DNA of 64,000 nucleotides, from positions 64,001 to 128,000 of the forward strand of contig JAITVV010000095.1 of NCBI GenBank assembly GCA_031285625.1, given 5' to 3'. Positions 1-9,432 of the stretch are shown piece by piece. The number at the start of each line of letters is the position of its first letter. Within the stretch, counting starts at the first letter, position 1. The notes under the pieces are model-generated. The model searched no databases and was not told where the DNA came from. It saw nothing but the letters and a program-made list of their open reading frames with translations. A program made the translations under genes and the position numbers. Source of the stretch: Prevotella sp. (GTDB lineage: Bacteria; Bacteroidota; Bacteroidia; Bacteroidales; Dysgonomonadaceae).

Positions 1-1159
1 AAACATTCACTTTTGCATCCAAAACTTCTTTAAGAAAAGACATCGAGGCAATATGAACGAATGTAGTATCCGAATCGCGAGGTAGCATCAGTCGCACATC
101 AACTCCTCTCATTGCCGCCATTTGTAAAACCTGTAAAAGAGAATCTGTCGGGACAAAATAGGGGGTCTGAATATACACACTCTCTTTTGCATTGGAGATG
201 GCCTGCAAAATACCCAAATGTATATCTTTAAACTGTCCGACCGGACCACTTGTTACCAGCTGCATCAGATTATCGCCTTTGTTCTCCAATATAGGATAAT
301 AGGTATCTGAAGCCAGAAACTCTTTCCGGGATGAATACCAGTCAATAAGAAAGGACGTTTGTAACCCTGCAACCCCTTTCCCTTCTATCTTAATATGACT
401 ATCACGCCACACTCCTGATTTCACACCATTGATATATCTGTCTGCAACATTCATTCCTCCTACAAAACCAACCTTACCATCAATAACGACAATTTTCCGG
501 TGATTTCTGTAATTTACCCGGCTGGTTAAGAACTTGAATGCAACTTTCAGGAAAGGTTGCACCTCAACGCCCCTAGCCTGCATATCCTTAAAAAAACGAC
601 GCTTAGCTTTCCATGAACCAACATCATCATATATGAGACGAACTTCGATTCCCTCTGCAGCTTTACGGACTAAGATATCACGGGTTTTACATCCGATTTC
701 GTCATCTAAAAAAATATAGTATTGGATATGAATATGTTTTTGAGCTTTTTCTAATTCTTCAAAAAGGGCTTCGAATTTTTCCTTTCCTGTGGAATAAAAT
801 GTTACGTTACTTCCTCCATACAGGGGTGATGCTTTCAGTCGGTTCAACAAGTTGACTAACCCCTTATATTCAACCGGAGGGTTTAATGTCTCAAGTAATT
901 CGCGTCTGCCGATAGACCGGCGATTGAGTTTTTTATACATCTTATGTGAGATAAGACGTTGCTTACGATTATCTTCACCAAAGAAATAATAGATAATAAG
1001 CCCCACCAGAGGCAGCAACAGCAATATCAGTACCCATGAAATAGTCTTCAAGGGATTCCTGTTTTCCGAGATAACAATAACCATTGTTCCTAAAGCCGTA
1101 ACGACATAAAGAATCTGGAAAATAAGGATTAAATGTCCTGTTGCTTCTGAAGCTTCCAC
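1..1159 (-). CDS. cls: Cardiolipin synthase (3' end runs off the window)
   Basis: Manual translation from GTG at 1159: EASEATGHLILIFQILYV...ENRNPLKTISWVL (PLD N-terminal TM region) and the HKD motif NYRNHRKIVVIDG near 480-515; absent from the ORF track because it is open at the edge. Confidence 0.9.
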   Translation of the reverse strand, partial: MEASEATGHLILIFQILYVVTALGTMVIVISENRNPLKTISWVLILLLLPLVGLIIYYFFGEDNRKQRLISHKMYKKLNRRSIGRRELLETLNPPVEYKGLVNLLNRLKASPLYGGSNVTFYSTGKEKFEALFEELEKAQKHIHIQYYIFLDDEIGCKTRDILVRKAAEGIEVRLIYDDVGSWKAKRRFFKDMQARGVEVQPFLKVAFKFLTSRVNYRNHRKIVVIDGKVGFVGGMNVADRYINGVKSGVWRDSHIKIEGKGVAGLQTSFLIDWYSSRKEFLASDTYYPILENKGDNLMQLVTSGPVGQFKDIHLGILQAISNAKESVYIQTPYFVPTDSLLQVLQMAAMRGVDVRLMLPRDSDTTFVHIASMSFLKEVLDAKVNV

Positions 1160-1224
1160 CTAAAAATTTAATTTTCTCAAAGTTATAATAAAATCTGTGT
1201 AGAAGATTATTTTGTTAAATAAAT

Positions 1225-1617
1225 TTAAATTCCCTCATCTAAGCGATGGAGTAAATCTTCTCTTAAAACTGTTCTTTCCCATGAATAGGTAGTATCGGCG
1301 TTCTGAATATATTCTATAATATCAAGAGCTTTTACCAAATTCCCCCTATCTTTTTTATTGGTAATATCATATTCTATCATCAACAACTTAGCATATTGTT
1401 CAAGAAGGTCATTATCGTTTATTTTCTCCATAAGGAGATGGACTTCATTGTTTTGTGTAACCTCAAAATTAGTATGAAAAAATTCAAAACATTCATCCAG
1501 TACCGATTTCCTTTCAGCATCTGTTAAGAGTTTATTCTCATCGATAACCTGCTGCAACCTCTTAAAGAACTCTTCGATAAGGCGTTGTAAATAATCTTTT
1601 TTACGCTGTTGTAACAT
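1225..1617 (-). CDS. Conserved hypothetical helical protein
   Basis: ORF co-oriented in the rsgA-cls run; likely start MLQQRKKDYLQRLIEEF. Confidence 0.7.
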   Translation of the reverse strand: MLQQRKKDYLQRLIEEFFKRLQQVIDENKLLTDAERKSVLDECFEFFHTNFEVTQNNEVHLLMEKINDNDLLEQYAKLLMIEYDITNKKDRGNLVKALDIIEYIQNADTTYSWERTVLREDLLHRLDEGI

Positions 1618-1621
1618 CCGG

Positions 1622-1990
1622 TTATTTCCTTTCTCTATCAATTAAATAGCAGATTGCACCACCAATTGTATAACAAACAATATCCCACCAGCTAAAGGAT
1701 GATCCTATAATGGTTCGCATTACTTTATTACCCTGTAATCCTAATACTTCAACCAGCCTGAGGTACTGTCCGAATTCGACAAGATACGCAAAAAGCAAAA
1801 CAGCCACAACCAGATAAATAGTTTTTGTTTCAATAAACGATTTTAGAAAATAATATATCAGTATAACCACTAAAATATCACCACCATAGGGACGAATAAA
1901 AGAATCGTCTACAAATAAGGCTATTAAAACTTCGATTAAGAAAATGATAAGACAGATAACAAACGACTTTAAGTCAAATCTCCACTTCAT
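1622..1990 (-). CDS. DUF2809/YjgA-like membrane protein
   Basis: FIRPYGGD, VEFGQ and GSSFSWWDIVCY motifs; several TM helices. Confidence 0.8.
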   Translation of the reverse strand: MKWRFDLKSFVICLIIFLIEVLIALFVDDSFIRPYGGDILVVILIYYFLKSFIETKTIYLVVAVLLFAYLVEFGQYLRLVEVLGLQGNKVMRTIIGSSFSWWDIVCYTIGGAICYLIDRERK

Positions 1991-2002
1991 AGATAATTAA
2001 GA

Positions 2003-2929
2003 TTATTTTCTGTATTTTTCGCCGATTTCATCTTCCATCATATTCAAGTAAGATTTATAACGGCTTTCGCTTATATAATGTTTATCTACTGCTTCACGCA
2101 CTGCACAACCCGGTTCGTTTATATGTATACAGTTATTGAACCTGCAATCTTTGGAGAACTTAAAAATATCTGGAAAGAAGTGAAATATTTCATTCCGTTC
2201 CATATCCACAGTACCAAATCCTTTTATACCCGGGGTATCAATTATAAAACCACCTTGGGGCAATTCAATCATTTCCGAGAAAGTAGTAGTATGCATTCCT
2301 TTTCCATGATAATCGGAAATAGCTCCTGTTTTTAGTTTTGTATCAGGGATAAGAGTATTTATCAGTGTGGACTTTCCCACCCCCGAATGCCCGGAAAATA
2401 AGGTTATTTTCCCTTGTATTTTTTCTTGTAGAATATCTAATCCTATGTTTTGCAAAGCTGAAATTTTCAATCCCGGATAGCCAATATAATCATACATACT
2501 GATTAGTGCATCCATGTATTCCCTTTCATCTTCCGAATAAATATCAGCCTTATTGAATATCAGATTGACTGGCACACGGTAGGCTTCTGCCGATGCAAGA
2601 AAACGATCGATAAAAACAGTTGATGTTACAGGGTGATTTATGGTTACAATGAGAAAACAGAGATCTATATTAGCTGCTATAATGTGAGACTGTTTTGATA
2701 AATTTGACGAACGGCGGATAATATAATTTTTACGGTCTTCTATTTCTGTAATCAGAGCTGTTCCTTCATTATTTTCGATAATAGAAACTCTGTCACCCAC
2801 CGCAATAGGATTTGTGCTTCGTATACCTTTCAGACGAAAATTTCCTTTGATCTTACATTCGATATTACGTCCATCTTCTGTACGAACCAGGTACCAACTA
2901 CCCGTATTTTTAATTACAAGACCATTCAT
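2003..2929 (-). CDS. rsgA: Ribosome small subunit-dependent GTPase A
   Basis: Circularly permuted GTPase ([20 protein letters not shown]) with C-terminal [14 protein letters not shown] zinc site. Confidence 0.97.
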   Translation of the reverse strand: MNGLVIKNTGSWYLVRTEDGRNIECKIKGNFRLKGIRSTNPIAVGDRVSIIENNEGTALITEIEDRKNYIIRRSSNLSKQSHIIAANIDLCFLIVTINHPVTSTVFIDRFLASAEAYRVPVNLIFNKADIYSEDEREYMDALISMYDYIGYPGLKISALQNIGLDILQEKIQGKITLFSGHSGVGKSTLINTLIPDTKLKTGAISDYHGKGMHTTTFSEMIELPQGGFIIDTPGIKGFGTVDMERNEIFHFFPDIFKFSKDCRFNNCIHINEPGCAVREAVDKHYISESRYKSYLNMMEDEIGEKYRK

Positions 2930-2935
2930 CTATAC

Positions 2936-3025
2936 ATTCGGAAATTAGCAAATTCGGAAATTAGCAAATGAACTGATAGTAGTAAAAACATTCGCTAATT
3001 TCCGAATTCCCAAATATGCTAATTG
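2936..3025. repeat. Intergenic inverted repeat with 8-bp periodicity
   Basis: ATTCGGAA-ATTAGCAA-ATTCGGAA-ATTAGCAA-ATG followed by the inverted arm CATTCGCTAATTTCCGAAT...ATGCTAATT. Confidence 0.85.
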
Positions 3026-3026
3026 T

Positions 3027-3590
3027 TTATACTGTCAATATCTCTTTTTCTTTAAGAGCAAAGACTTCATCTATTTTTTTTATATATTTATCATGAAGCT
3101 TTTGCATGTCATTTTCAGCATCTTTGGCTACATCTTCTGCAACACCTTCTTTTACAGATTTTTTGATAGTATCAATTGCATCACGACGTGCATTACGAAT
3201 ACTTACTTTTGCATCTTCAGCTTCTTGTTTTGCTTGTTTTACCAATGCTTTACGACGTTCCTCTGTTAATGGAGGTATAGACAGGCGAATAATCTCACCA
3301 TTATTGTCAGGAGTAATACCCACATCAGAATTCAAAATTGCTTTCTCTACTTCTTTCAGCATTTGCTTTTCCCATGGTTGAACTATAATGGTTCTTGCAT
3401 CAGGAGTGTTGATAGCTGCCACACCGCTTAGTGCAGTAAGTGTGCCGTAATAATCGAGCTTAATGCCATCAAGAATACGAGGATTTGCTTTCCCCGCACG
3501 GATATGAGCTAAAGTTTCATCTAAGAATTCAACTGAAGATTGCATTTTAGCTTCTGCTTTCTGTTGGATTTGTTTTAGGTCTGCTGCCAT
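3027..3590 (-). CDS. frr: Ribosome recycling factor
   Basis: [26 protein letters not shown] motifs; start MAADLK. Confidence 0.97.
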   Translation of the reverse strand: MAADLKQIQQKAEAKMQSSVEFLDETLAHIRAGKANPRILDGIKLDYYGTLTALSGVAAINTPDARTIIVQPWEKQMLKEVEKAILNSDVGITPDNNGEIIRLSIPPLTEERRKALVKQAKQEAEDAKVSIRNARRDAIDTIKKSVKEGVAEDVAKDAENDMQKLHDKYIKKIDEVFALKEKEILTV

Positions 3591-3615
3591 AGCTTTATAT
3601 ATTTTTATTAATATT

Positions 3616-3951
3616 TTAGTCCAGATTATGCCCTTTGGGTAATTGTGTAAGTCCAATTATAAACTGTGCAATACCTGCAAGAATTAGCAACGATGGAAAT
3701 ACGATATGCGCTGTTATGGTTATAAAAGCACCTACTGCACATATCAGACAGCCCAGAAAAATATTCCGTTTAGCTGTTTTCATATTTTCCTTATCTACCG
3801 AGGTAATTATATCATTCAACATAGCATATGCATCATCTTCGTTCAGCCCCCGTTCAATAAGAAATATTTTAACTTTTTCAGGATTCTCCCTTTTTCGTAT
3901 CAAGGATACTGCCTGATCATGTAATTGATTATTCAAAATCACTTTGTTCAT
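3616..3951 (-). CDS. Small membrane protein (two C-terminal TM helices)
   Basis: 111-aa ORF tightly packed between pyrH and frr; soluble helical N-terminus plus hydrophobic hairpin. Confidence 0.7.
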   Translation of the reverse strand: MNKVILNNQLHDQAVSLIRKRENPEKVKIFLIERGLNEDDAYAMLNDIITSVDKENMKTAKRNIFLGCLICAVGAFITITAHIVFPSLLILAGIAQFIIGLTQLPKGHNLD

Positions 3952-3953
3952 TT

Positions 3954-4664
3954 TTATGCGTGTACGTATGTACCTATTTTTTCACCTTTAATCAGTTTTT
4001 CAAGATTGCCCGGAGTGTCCATATCGAAGACGACAATCGGGAGATTATTCTCCTTACACATTACAGTCGCTGTCATATCCATTACTTTGAGTCCACGGCT
4101 GTATACCTCATCATAAGATATGGTATCGAATTTTGTTGCTGTAGGGTCTTTTTCGGGATCAGCTGTATAAACACCGTCAACACGTGTCCCCTTCAGCATT
4201 ACATCGGCCTCTATTTCTATTCCCCGGAGAGATGAACCTGTATCTGTAGTAAAGAAAGGATTGCCCGTGCCACATGATAAAATAACAACTTCACCATTCT
4301 CCATTGATTCTATAGCTTTCCATTTGCTATATATTTCACCAATAGGTTCCATGCGAATAGCAGTCAGTACCCGTGCCTTTTGCCCGATAGCCACCAATGC
4401 CGAACTCAGCGCTAAGCTATTGATTACAGTTGCCAGCATTCCCATCTGATCACCTTTTACGCGATCGAATCCGTCAGATGCGCCACTTAGTCCGCGGAAG
4501 ATGTTGCCCCCCCCGATAACTATACTGATCTGAACACCCATATCTGCAACTGCCTTTATTTGTGCGGCATATTCATTCAAACGGTTAACATCAATACCAT
4601 ATTGTTGCTCTCCCATGAGAGACTCCCCGCTTAATTTGAGGAGTATTCTTTCATATTTTACCAT
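3954..4664 (-). CDS. pyrH: Uridylate kinase
   Basis: LLKLSGE, GGGNIFRG, GTGNPFFTTD, DGVYTADP. Confidence 0.97.
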   Translation of the reverse strand: MVKYERILLKLSGESLMGEQQYGIDVNRLNEYAAQIKAVADMGVQISIVIGGGNIFRGLSGASDGFDRVKGDQMGMLATVINSLALSSALVAIGQKARVLTAIRMEPIGEIYSKWKAIESMENGEVVILSCGTGNPFFTTDTGSSLRGIEIEADVMLKGTRVDGVYTADPEKDPTATKFDTISYDEVYSRGLKVMDMTATVMCKENNLPIVVFDMDTPGNLEKLIKGEKIGTYVHA

Positions 4665-4684
4665 TCTTTTCACTTATGTTAGTG

Positions 4685-4692
4685 CAAATCTA
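4685..4692 (-). promoter_or_regulatory. Bacteroidota primary-sigma -7 element (TAGATTTG) for pyrH-frr-rsgA
   Basis: Matches TAnnTTTG 20 nt upstream of the pyrH start. Confidence 0.65.
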
Positions 4693-4896
4693 GTACAATT
4701 TGTGAAATTACGAAAACCTATTTCACCTGTTAGTTTTTATTAATTAATCAAAATATGTTTTTTTTATATCCATTCCTAAGAAAAACATTGTAAACCATAT
4801 CTATATAATACAGTAAAACGATAAAACCAAGATACATAAATTAACAACCAACGATAAGAAAATATATTATCTTTGGCTATATTATTTTTTCTAAAT

Positions 4897-5598
4897 ATGT
4901 TTTCTCAGGTTTGGATTTTATTTGTTGCAGGCTTACTGATGGTATTTTTTATGCTTATTGCCATTGTGTGGACAATCATGAAATGGAATAATAAGCAAAA
5001 CCGCAGTGTTGGATGCGCTATCATTTTTCTACTTTTTATAGTAATAATTGGTTGTGGTACTATTGTCACAATAAAAACTCTAAACTTCTTTAAGAATGCC
5101 ACACCGGCAAGTGTAGAAAAAGGGATGGAAATCTTTTCCGAAATAGCTACTGTGAGACATTCCGATTCCAACTTTATGGATAGTATAAAATCGTTGCAAC
5201 CAGTTGACAGAATAATACCTGAAACCTACTTTACGTATGCCGGCTTACGGGATTATTACCGCATGCCTCTTGTTTATCCTTTTTCCATGTCTACTATTGA
5301 TGTACTTGATTATGGCACAATTAACGACGAGAGTGGTATAAAGCATATAGCAAAAGATGCAGACAAAGGAAAACAATTGTTTGGCGGAATTACTTCCTTT
5401 ACATTTGATAAAAGGCTATTAATGGCCAAGGTCGAATCATATTCCGGAAATGAAATAAAATATATTCTGCTTGATTTTAATACCGGACAAAAAGAAGAAT
5501 TTTATACAGAGCCTGAACTAAAAGAAAAAGCAGCGGCACTTGGTTTTGATATATCAAAGGCCTGGATGACTGTAAAAGAATATTATTATAAATTCTAA
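4897..5598 (+). CDS. Hypothetical membrane protein (two N-terminal TM helices)
   Basis: Long ORF; ATG at 4897 preferred because the TTG at 4873 lies inside a TATCTTTG -7 element (4868-4875). Confidence 0.7.
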   Translation: MFSQVWILFVAGLLMVFFMLIAIVWTIMKWNNKQNRSVGCAIIFLLFIVIIGCGTIVTIKTLNFFKNATPASVEKGMEIFSEIATVRHSDSNFMDSIKSLQPVDRIIPETYFTYAGLRDYYRMPLVYPFSMSTIDVLDYGTINDESGIKHIAKDADKGKQLFGGITSFTFDKRLLMAKVESYSGNEIKYILLDFNTGQKEEFYTEPELKEKAAALGFDISKAWMTVKEYYYKF

Positions 5599-5610
5599 TA
5601 TGAAAACTAA

Positions 5611-5637
5611 AAGGAGCATGGATTATCCATGCTCCTT
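5611..5637. terminator. Hairpin terminator between convergent genes
   Basis: AAGGAGCATGGAT-T-ATCCATGCTCCTT perfect stem. Confidence 0.8.
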
Positions 5638-5662
5638 ATAACTATGTAAATCAACACTATTA

Positions 5663-6913
5663 CTACCTGTCAAGCCCTTTAAAATTTCCGTTAGAATCAA
5701 AAATCAATTCCAATTCAGGATAGCCTGACAACTCTACTTTAAATCCTATCGTTTTCTTTTCGTATTCTTCAATCTTTTTATCCGGATAATTTGTCTTCAC
5801 ATATGATAAGATTGCTCCTAAGACCACACTATCGGGAACACTGTTGCCCGGTAATACCTCAACACTCTTCATATCACCTTTAATATAGAAATCAACTTTT
5901 GTTCCATTTGCAAGCTTCACTTCATATTCATCATCATCCTGTTCTGCATAAAGAAAAGTAGTGGCAGTCAGGAAATGCTCTGTAAGATATAACTGAACAG
6001 CCTGTGGCAATGCAGAGAATTGTAAACGCTGTCCATTATTATTATTGTTATTATTACCATTCGAATTCCAAAGATTACCTTCTTTATCAAATACGAGGTC
6101 AATGTCTCCATTCAGTTCAACTTCATATGTACTAATTTTATTCTTTATACTTTCCACTTTCTTTGATGAAAAATTCGAGGAAATATAATCCTGTATTTTC
6201 TGAGGGAGCAAAGCAATAACAGTCTGAGGCATCTGATCTTTTTCTACTTCTACTTTATACCAGTTCCCTAACAGATCAAATTCCACATCTGTATCGTTAG
6301 CATACTTTACATCGTAACCATCATTATCTTTTTTTACCTTAGAAGGAGTTAGCCCTTTAAAATGAGTATTCAAAAATGTCTGAGAAGACTCCGGTAAATT
6401 TCCAAATTCAATAACCACATCGTCGTCGTCGTCATTATCCGCAGCTAAAAACTCGCCATTATAATCAAATTTCAGTTCTACGTCCAATTTTCCTGTCAAA
6501 TCAATTTTGTAACCATAAGTTTCTTTCTTAATCTCAGTTATCCCTCTTCCCTGGTAATTTTGACTAACATATGATAAAATACTCCTAGGAATAAGCGCCA
6601 GTACATTATCGGGCAGAACTGCATCGTTTCGTCCTTCTATCTCGATCCATTCGCCCTGACGGTCAAATTCGATCTCATAGCCTCCTGAAGCAGTACTTTT
6701 AGTTTTCTTACTTAATGAAACGGTATAACTACTGGCAAGTTGAACAGTCTTTGTAATATCATAATCTGCAAAATGGTCTGTTATAAACTGTTTGGATTCG
6801 GCTGGAAGGTTGTCATACGGGATAACCGTGTTGTCGTTGTCATCATCACTACTACATGCACTGAAAGCCAAAGCTATAGTAAATAGTGCAATCATTAAAA
6901 AATTCTTTTTCAT
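5663..6913 (-). CDS. Lipoprotein with repeated PepSY-like (beta-lactamase-inhibitor-like) domains
   Basis: Lipobox FSAC followed by SSDDDND; three LP..(S/V)Q.F..HF / Y.V.L....E..FD..G units joined by poly-D and poly-N linkers. Confidence 0.85.
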   Translation of the reverse strand: MKKNFLMIALFTIALAFSACSSDDDNDNTVIPYDNLPAESKQFITDHFADYDITKTVQLASSYTVSLSKKTKSTASGGYEIEFDRQGEWIEIEGRNDAVLPDNVLALIPRSILSYVSQNYQGRGITEIKKETYGYKIDLTGKLDVELKFDYNGEFLAADNDDDDDVVIEFGNLPESSQTFLNTHFKGLTPSKVKKDNDGYDVKYANDTDVEFDLLGNWYKVEVEKDQMPQTVIALLPQKIQDYISSNFSSKKVESIKNKISTYEVELNGDIDLVFDKEGNLWNSNGNNNNNNNGQRLQFSALPQAVQLYLTEHFLTATTFLYAEQDDDEYEVKLANGTKVDFYIKGDMKSVEVLPGNSVPDSVVLGAILSYVKTNYPDKKIEEYEKKTIGFKVELSGYPELELIFDSNGNFKGLDR

Positions 6914-7071
6914 TTCCTTAAAGTTAAAGTTTAGTATTTAGTATTGTATAGTCCGACAAATATAGAAGGGTAAATCTGAAAAGAATCTGAAATATCCGGG
7001 GACAACTTTATTATTTTAAAATAAATCCTTAAAAAACATTATCTTTGCCTGATCCGTAAAAGAACAACAGT

Positions 7072-7890
7072 ATGAAAAAATTATCGTTTGTTATTCTAAT
7101 TTTATTATTCACCATGTGTAGCAATAAACCGAAAGAACCAATAGTAGTTATACAAACAAGTTATGGCAATATAAAAGTAAAACTCTACAACGAAACACCC
7201 GGACACAGAGACAATTTTCTGAAACTTGCAGAAGAAGGCTTTTATAAGAATCTCACCTTTCACCGTGTGATAAAAGACTTTATGATACAGGGAGGTGATC
7301 CAAAAACCAGGAACAGCACAGATACTACAACTATTGCAGAAGAGAAGACACTGGGAGACACAATTCCCGCTGAGATAAAATTCCCTCAGTATTTTCACAA
7401 GCGTGGAGCTCTGGCTGCTGCACGATGGGGAGATCTGGAAAATCCGACAAAGGCATCGGATGCCTCACAATTTTATATTGTAGCAGGTGAACTTTGCTCT
7501 GATAATAAGCTATCGGAAATAGAGAAGGAGCGTTACGAGCGGCTAAAACAAAAGATATACAAAGAAATACAATCTGCTAATATGGATGCATTAAAATCCC
7601 TGCTGAAGAGTGGAGATAGCACAGCTGCATCCTCTATGCGTGCCGACTGGCTAAAACAGGCCGAAGAACAGGCAAAAACCCGCGAAAAGGAAATACTGTA
7701 CACAGAAGAGCAACGTGAGTTCTATAAAACAAGAGGTGGTGTACCTCGGTTGGATAATGAATATACTGTATTTGGGGAAGTACTGGAAGGAATGGACGTT
7801 GTAGATAAAATACAGAATGTAAGAACAAATGAAAAGGATAAACCACTGAAAAATATTTTGATGAATGTGGTCATATTAGAAAAGGAATAG
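7072..7890 (+). CDS. Cyclophilin-type peptidyl-prolyl isomerase (likely lipoprotein)
   Basis: FHRVIKDFMIQGGDP, YTVFGEV; signal peptide ending TMC; TATCTTTG -7 element at 7040-7047. Confidence 0.92.
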   Translation: MKKLSFVILILLFTMCSNKPKEPIVVIQTSYGNIKVKLYNETPGHRDNFLKLAEEGFYKNLTFHRVIKDFMIQGGDPKTRNSTDTTTIAEEKTLGDTIPAEIKFPQYFHKRGALAAARWGDLENPTKASDASQFYIVAGELCSDNKLSEIEKERYERLKQKIYKEIQSANMDALKSLLKSGDSTAASSMRADWLKQAEEQAKTREKEILYTEEQREFYKTRGGVPRLDNEYTVFGEVLEGMDVVDKIQNVRTNEKDKPLKNILMNVVILEKE

Positions 7891-7892
7891 CA

Positions 7893-8228
7893 ATGAAGCA
7901 AAGTAAGGAATTCATATTAAATAATGGCACTCAAATAGAAATAGTAGCACCTGGAACCACTCGTCAGATATTAGGCTATGACGAGAATATTATGCTTGTT
8001 AAAGTTAGCTTTGAGACTGGAGCAATTGGCGAAATGCACAGCCATCCTCATGTGCAAAGCTCATATATAGACAGTGGCAAATTTGAAGTTACCATCGACG
8101 GAAAAAAACAAGTATTAAGAAAAGGAGATGGGTTCTTCGTTCCTTCCGGAAAGATTCATGGATTAATCTGTCTGGAAGCAGGAGCTGTCATCGATGCCTT
8201 TACCCCGGCAAGGGAAGATTTCTTATAA
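7893..8228 (+). CDS. Cupin protein, KdgF-like
   Basis: RQILGYD, HSHPHVQ, H-G, DAFTPAREDFL. Confidence 0.85.
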   Translation: MKQSKEFILNNGTQIEIVAPGTTRQILGYDENIMLVKVSFETGAIGEMHSHPHVQSSYIDSGKFEVTIDGKKQVLRKGDGFFVPSGKIHGLICLEAGAVIDAFTPAREDFL

Positions 8229-8273
8229 GGTCGCATCAAATACTTCTTTTACTTAATAACTCAAAATAAAATA

Positions 8274-8834
8274 ATGAATACAGCAAACGATAAAAAATGG
8301 AAGGTTATAAATAGTGAGTATCTCTTCCGCGAACCATGGCTTACAGTACGCCGCGACCATGTAGAACTACCCAATGGGAATCAGATACCACAGTATTATG
8401 TTTTGGAATATCCGAATTGGGTAAATACAATTGCAATTACCAAAGATCAGAAGTTTATCTTTGTGCGCCAATACAGACATGGTTTACAATGCACTTCTAT
8501 GGAATTGTGTGCAGGGGTAACAGAAAAAGAAGACGATTCACCAATGATATCCGCCCAACGTGAACTATTGGAAGAAACAGGATATGGCAATGGGAACTGG
8601 GTAAAATTTATGGAAACATCAGCCAACCCCGGAACACATACAAATATGACTTTTTGTTATCTGGCTACAGATGTAGAAAAGGTATCTGGTCAGAATCTGG
8701 AGCCAACTGAAGATATTTCTGTGCATCTGTTATCCCTAGAGGAAGTAAAAGAGCTTTTGCTCAACGATAAGATTGTACAGTCGATGCATGCCGCTCCATT
8801 ATGGAAGTATCTTGCTATAAACCATCTGATATAA
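8274..8834 (+). CDS. NUDIX hydrolase (ADP-ribose pyrophosphatase-like)
   Basis: Nudix box AG...AQRELLEETGY; VRQYRH. Confidence 0.92.
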   Translation: MNTANDKKWKVINSEYLFREPWLTVRRDHVELPNGNQIPQYYVLEYPNWVNTIAITKDQKFIFVRQYRHGLQCTSMELCAGVTEKEDDSPMISAQRELLEETGYGNGNWVKFMETSANPGTHTNMTFCYLATDVEKVSGQNLEPTEDISVHLLSLEEVKELLLNDKIVQSMHAAPLWKYLAINHLI

Positions 8835-9338
8835 TCAGAACTCAAGTTTATCTTTATAATTGCGAGAATTCGGATGCGGTACACCAAAAACCTTAGTAGA
8901 GATAGTATCTATTTCTACTTTCCATACCCGTACATTATTTACTGCCGGATCCGAATAAGTAAAGCTACGGTTTGAATAGTGCTTCATGATGATGTCCAAA
9001 GCTTTTACTTTTTCATCAAAGTCTTTCTCAAACATCACCTTACCGCGACAGATTACGCTACTGCCTTTCATCCGGTAACTGCAGGCTACCTCTTTATTCT
9101 GATACGTCAGGGTCGATTCCGTACAAAAAGTAATGCACACATTCGGATTTCTTTCTAAAGCATCTATACTACTTCCTTCCTGTGCCGAATGCAGATAAAT
9201 CACATCATCTTTATATCCAAAATTCATGGGTATCACATAGGGTAACCCATCAACATCCGTCATACCAACGTAGCAAATCGTATTTTTAGAAATAATCTCC
9301 TCAATCAGGTGGCGTTCTTCAATAGTAACTGTCATCAT
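8835..9338 (-). CDS. Pyridoxamine 5'-phosphate oxidase/NimA-like flavin-binding protein
   Basis: PYVIPMNFGY, IYLHSA.EG, NPNVC, SVICRG. Confidence 0.85.
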   Translation of the reverse strand: MMTVTIEERHLIEEIISKNTICYVGMTDVDGLPYVIPMNFGYKDDVIYLHSAQEGSSIDALERNPNVCITFCTESTLTYQNKEVACSYRMKGSSVICRGKVMFEKDFDEKVKALDIIMKHYSNRSFTYSDPAVNNVRVWKVEIDTISTKVFGVPHPNSRNYKDKLEF

Positions 9339-9373
9339 AATGCAAAACTTTTTTCTTTAGAACAAATATAACA

Positions 9374-9411
9374 AAAAGAGCTGCATCATAAATGTCCGAT
9401 ACAGCTCTTTT
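9374..9411 (-). terminator. Terminator after the S41 peptidase gene
   Basis: AAAAGAGCTG...CAGCTCTTTT inverted repeat. Confidence 0.7.
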
Positions 9412-9432
9412 ATATTTTCAGTATATATCAGC

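Noticed and set aside
8835-9338. nim metronidazole resistance gene
   Set aside because: Only family-level similarity; housekeeping context with no IS element, so resistance cannot be claimed
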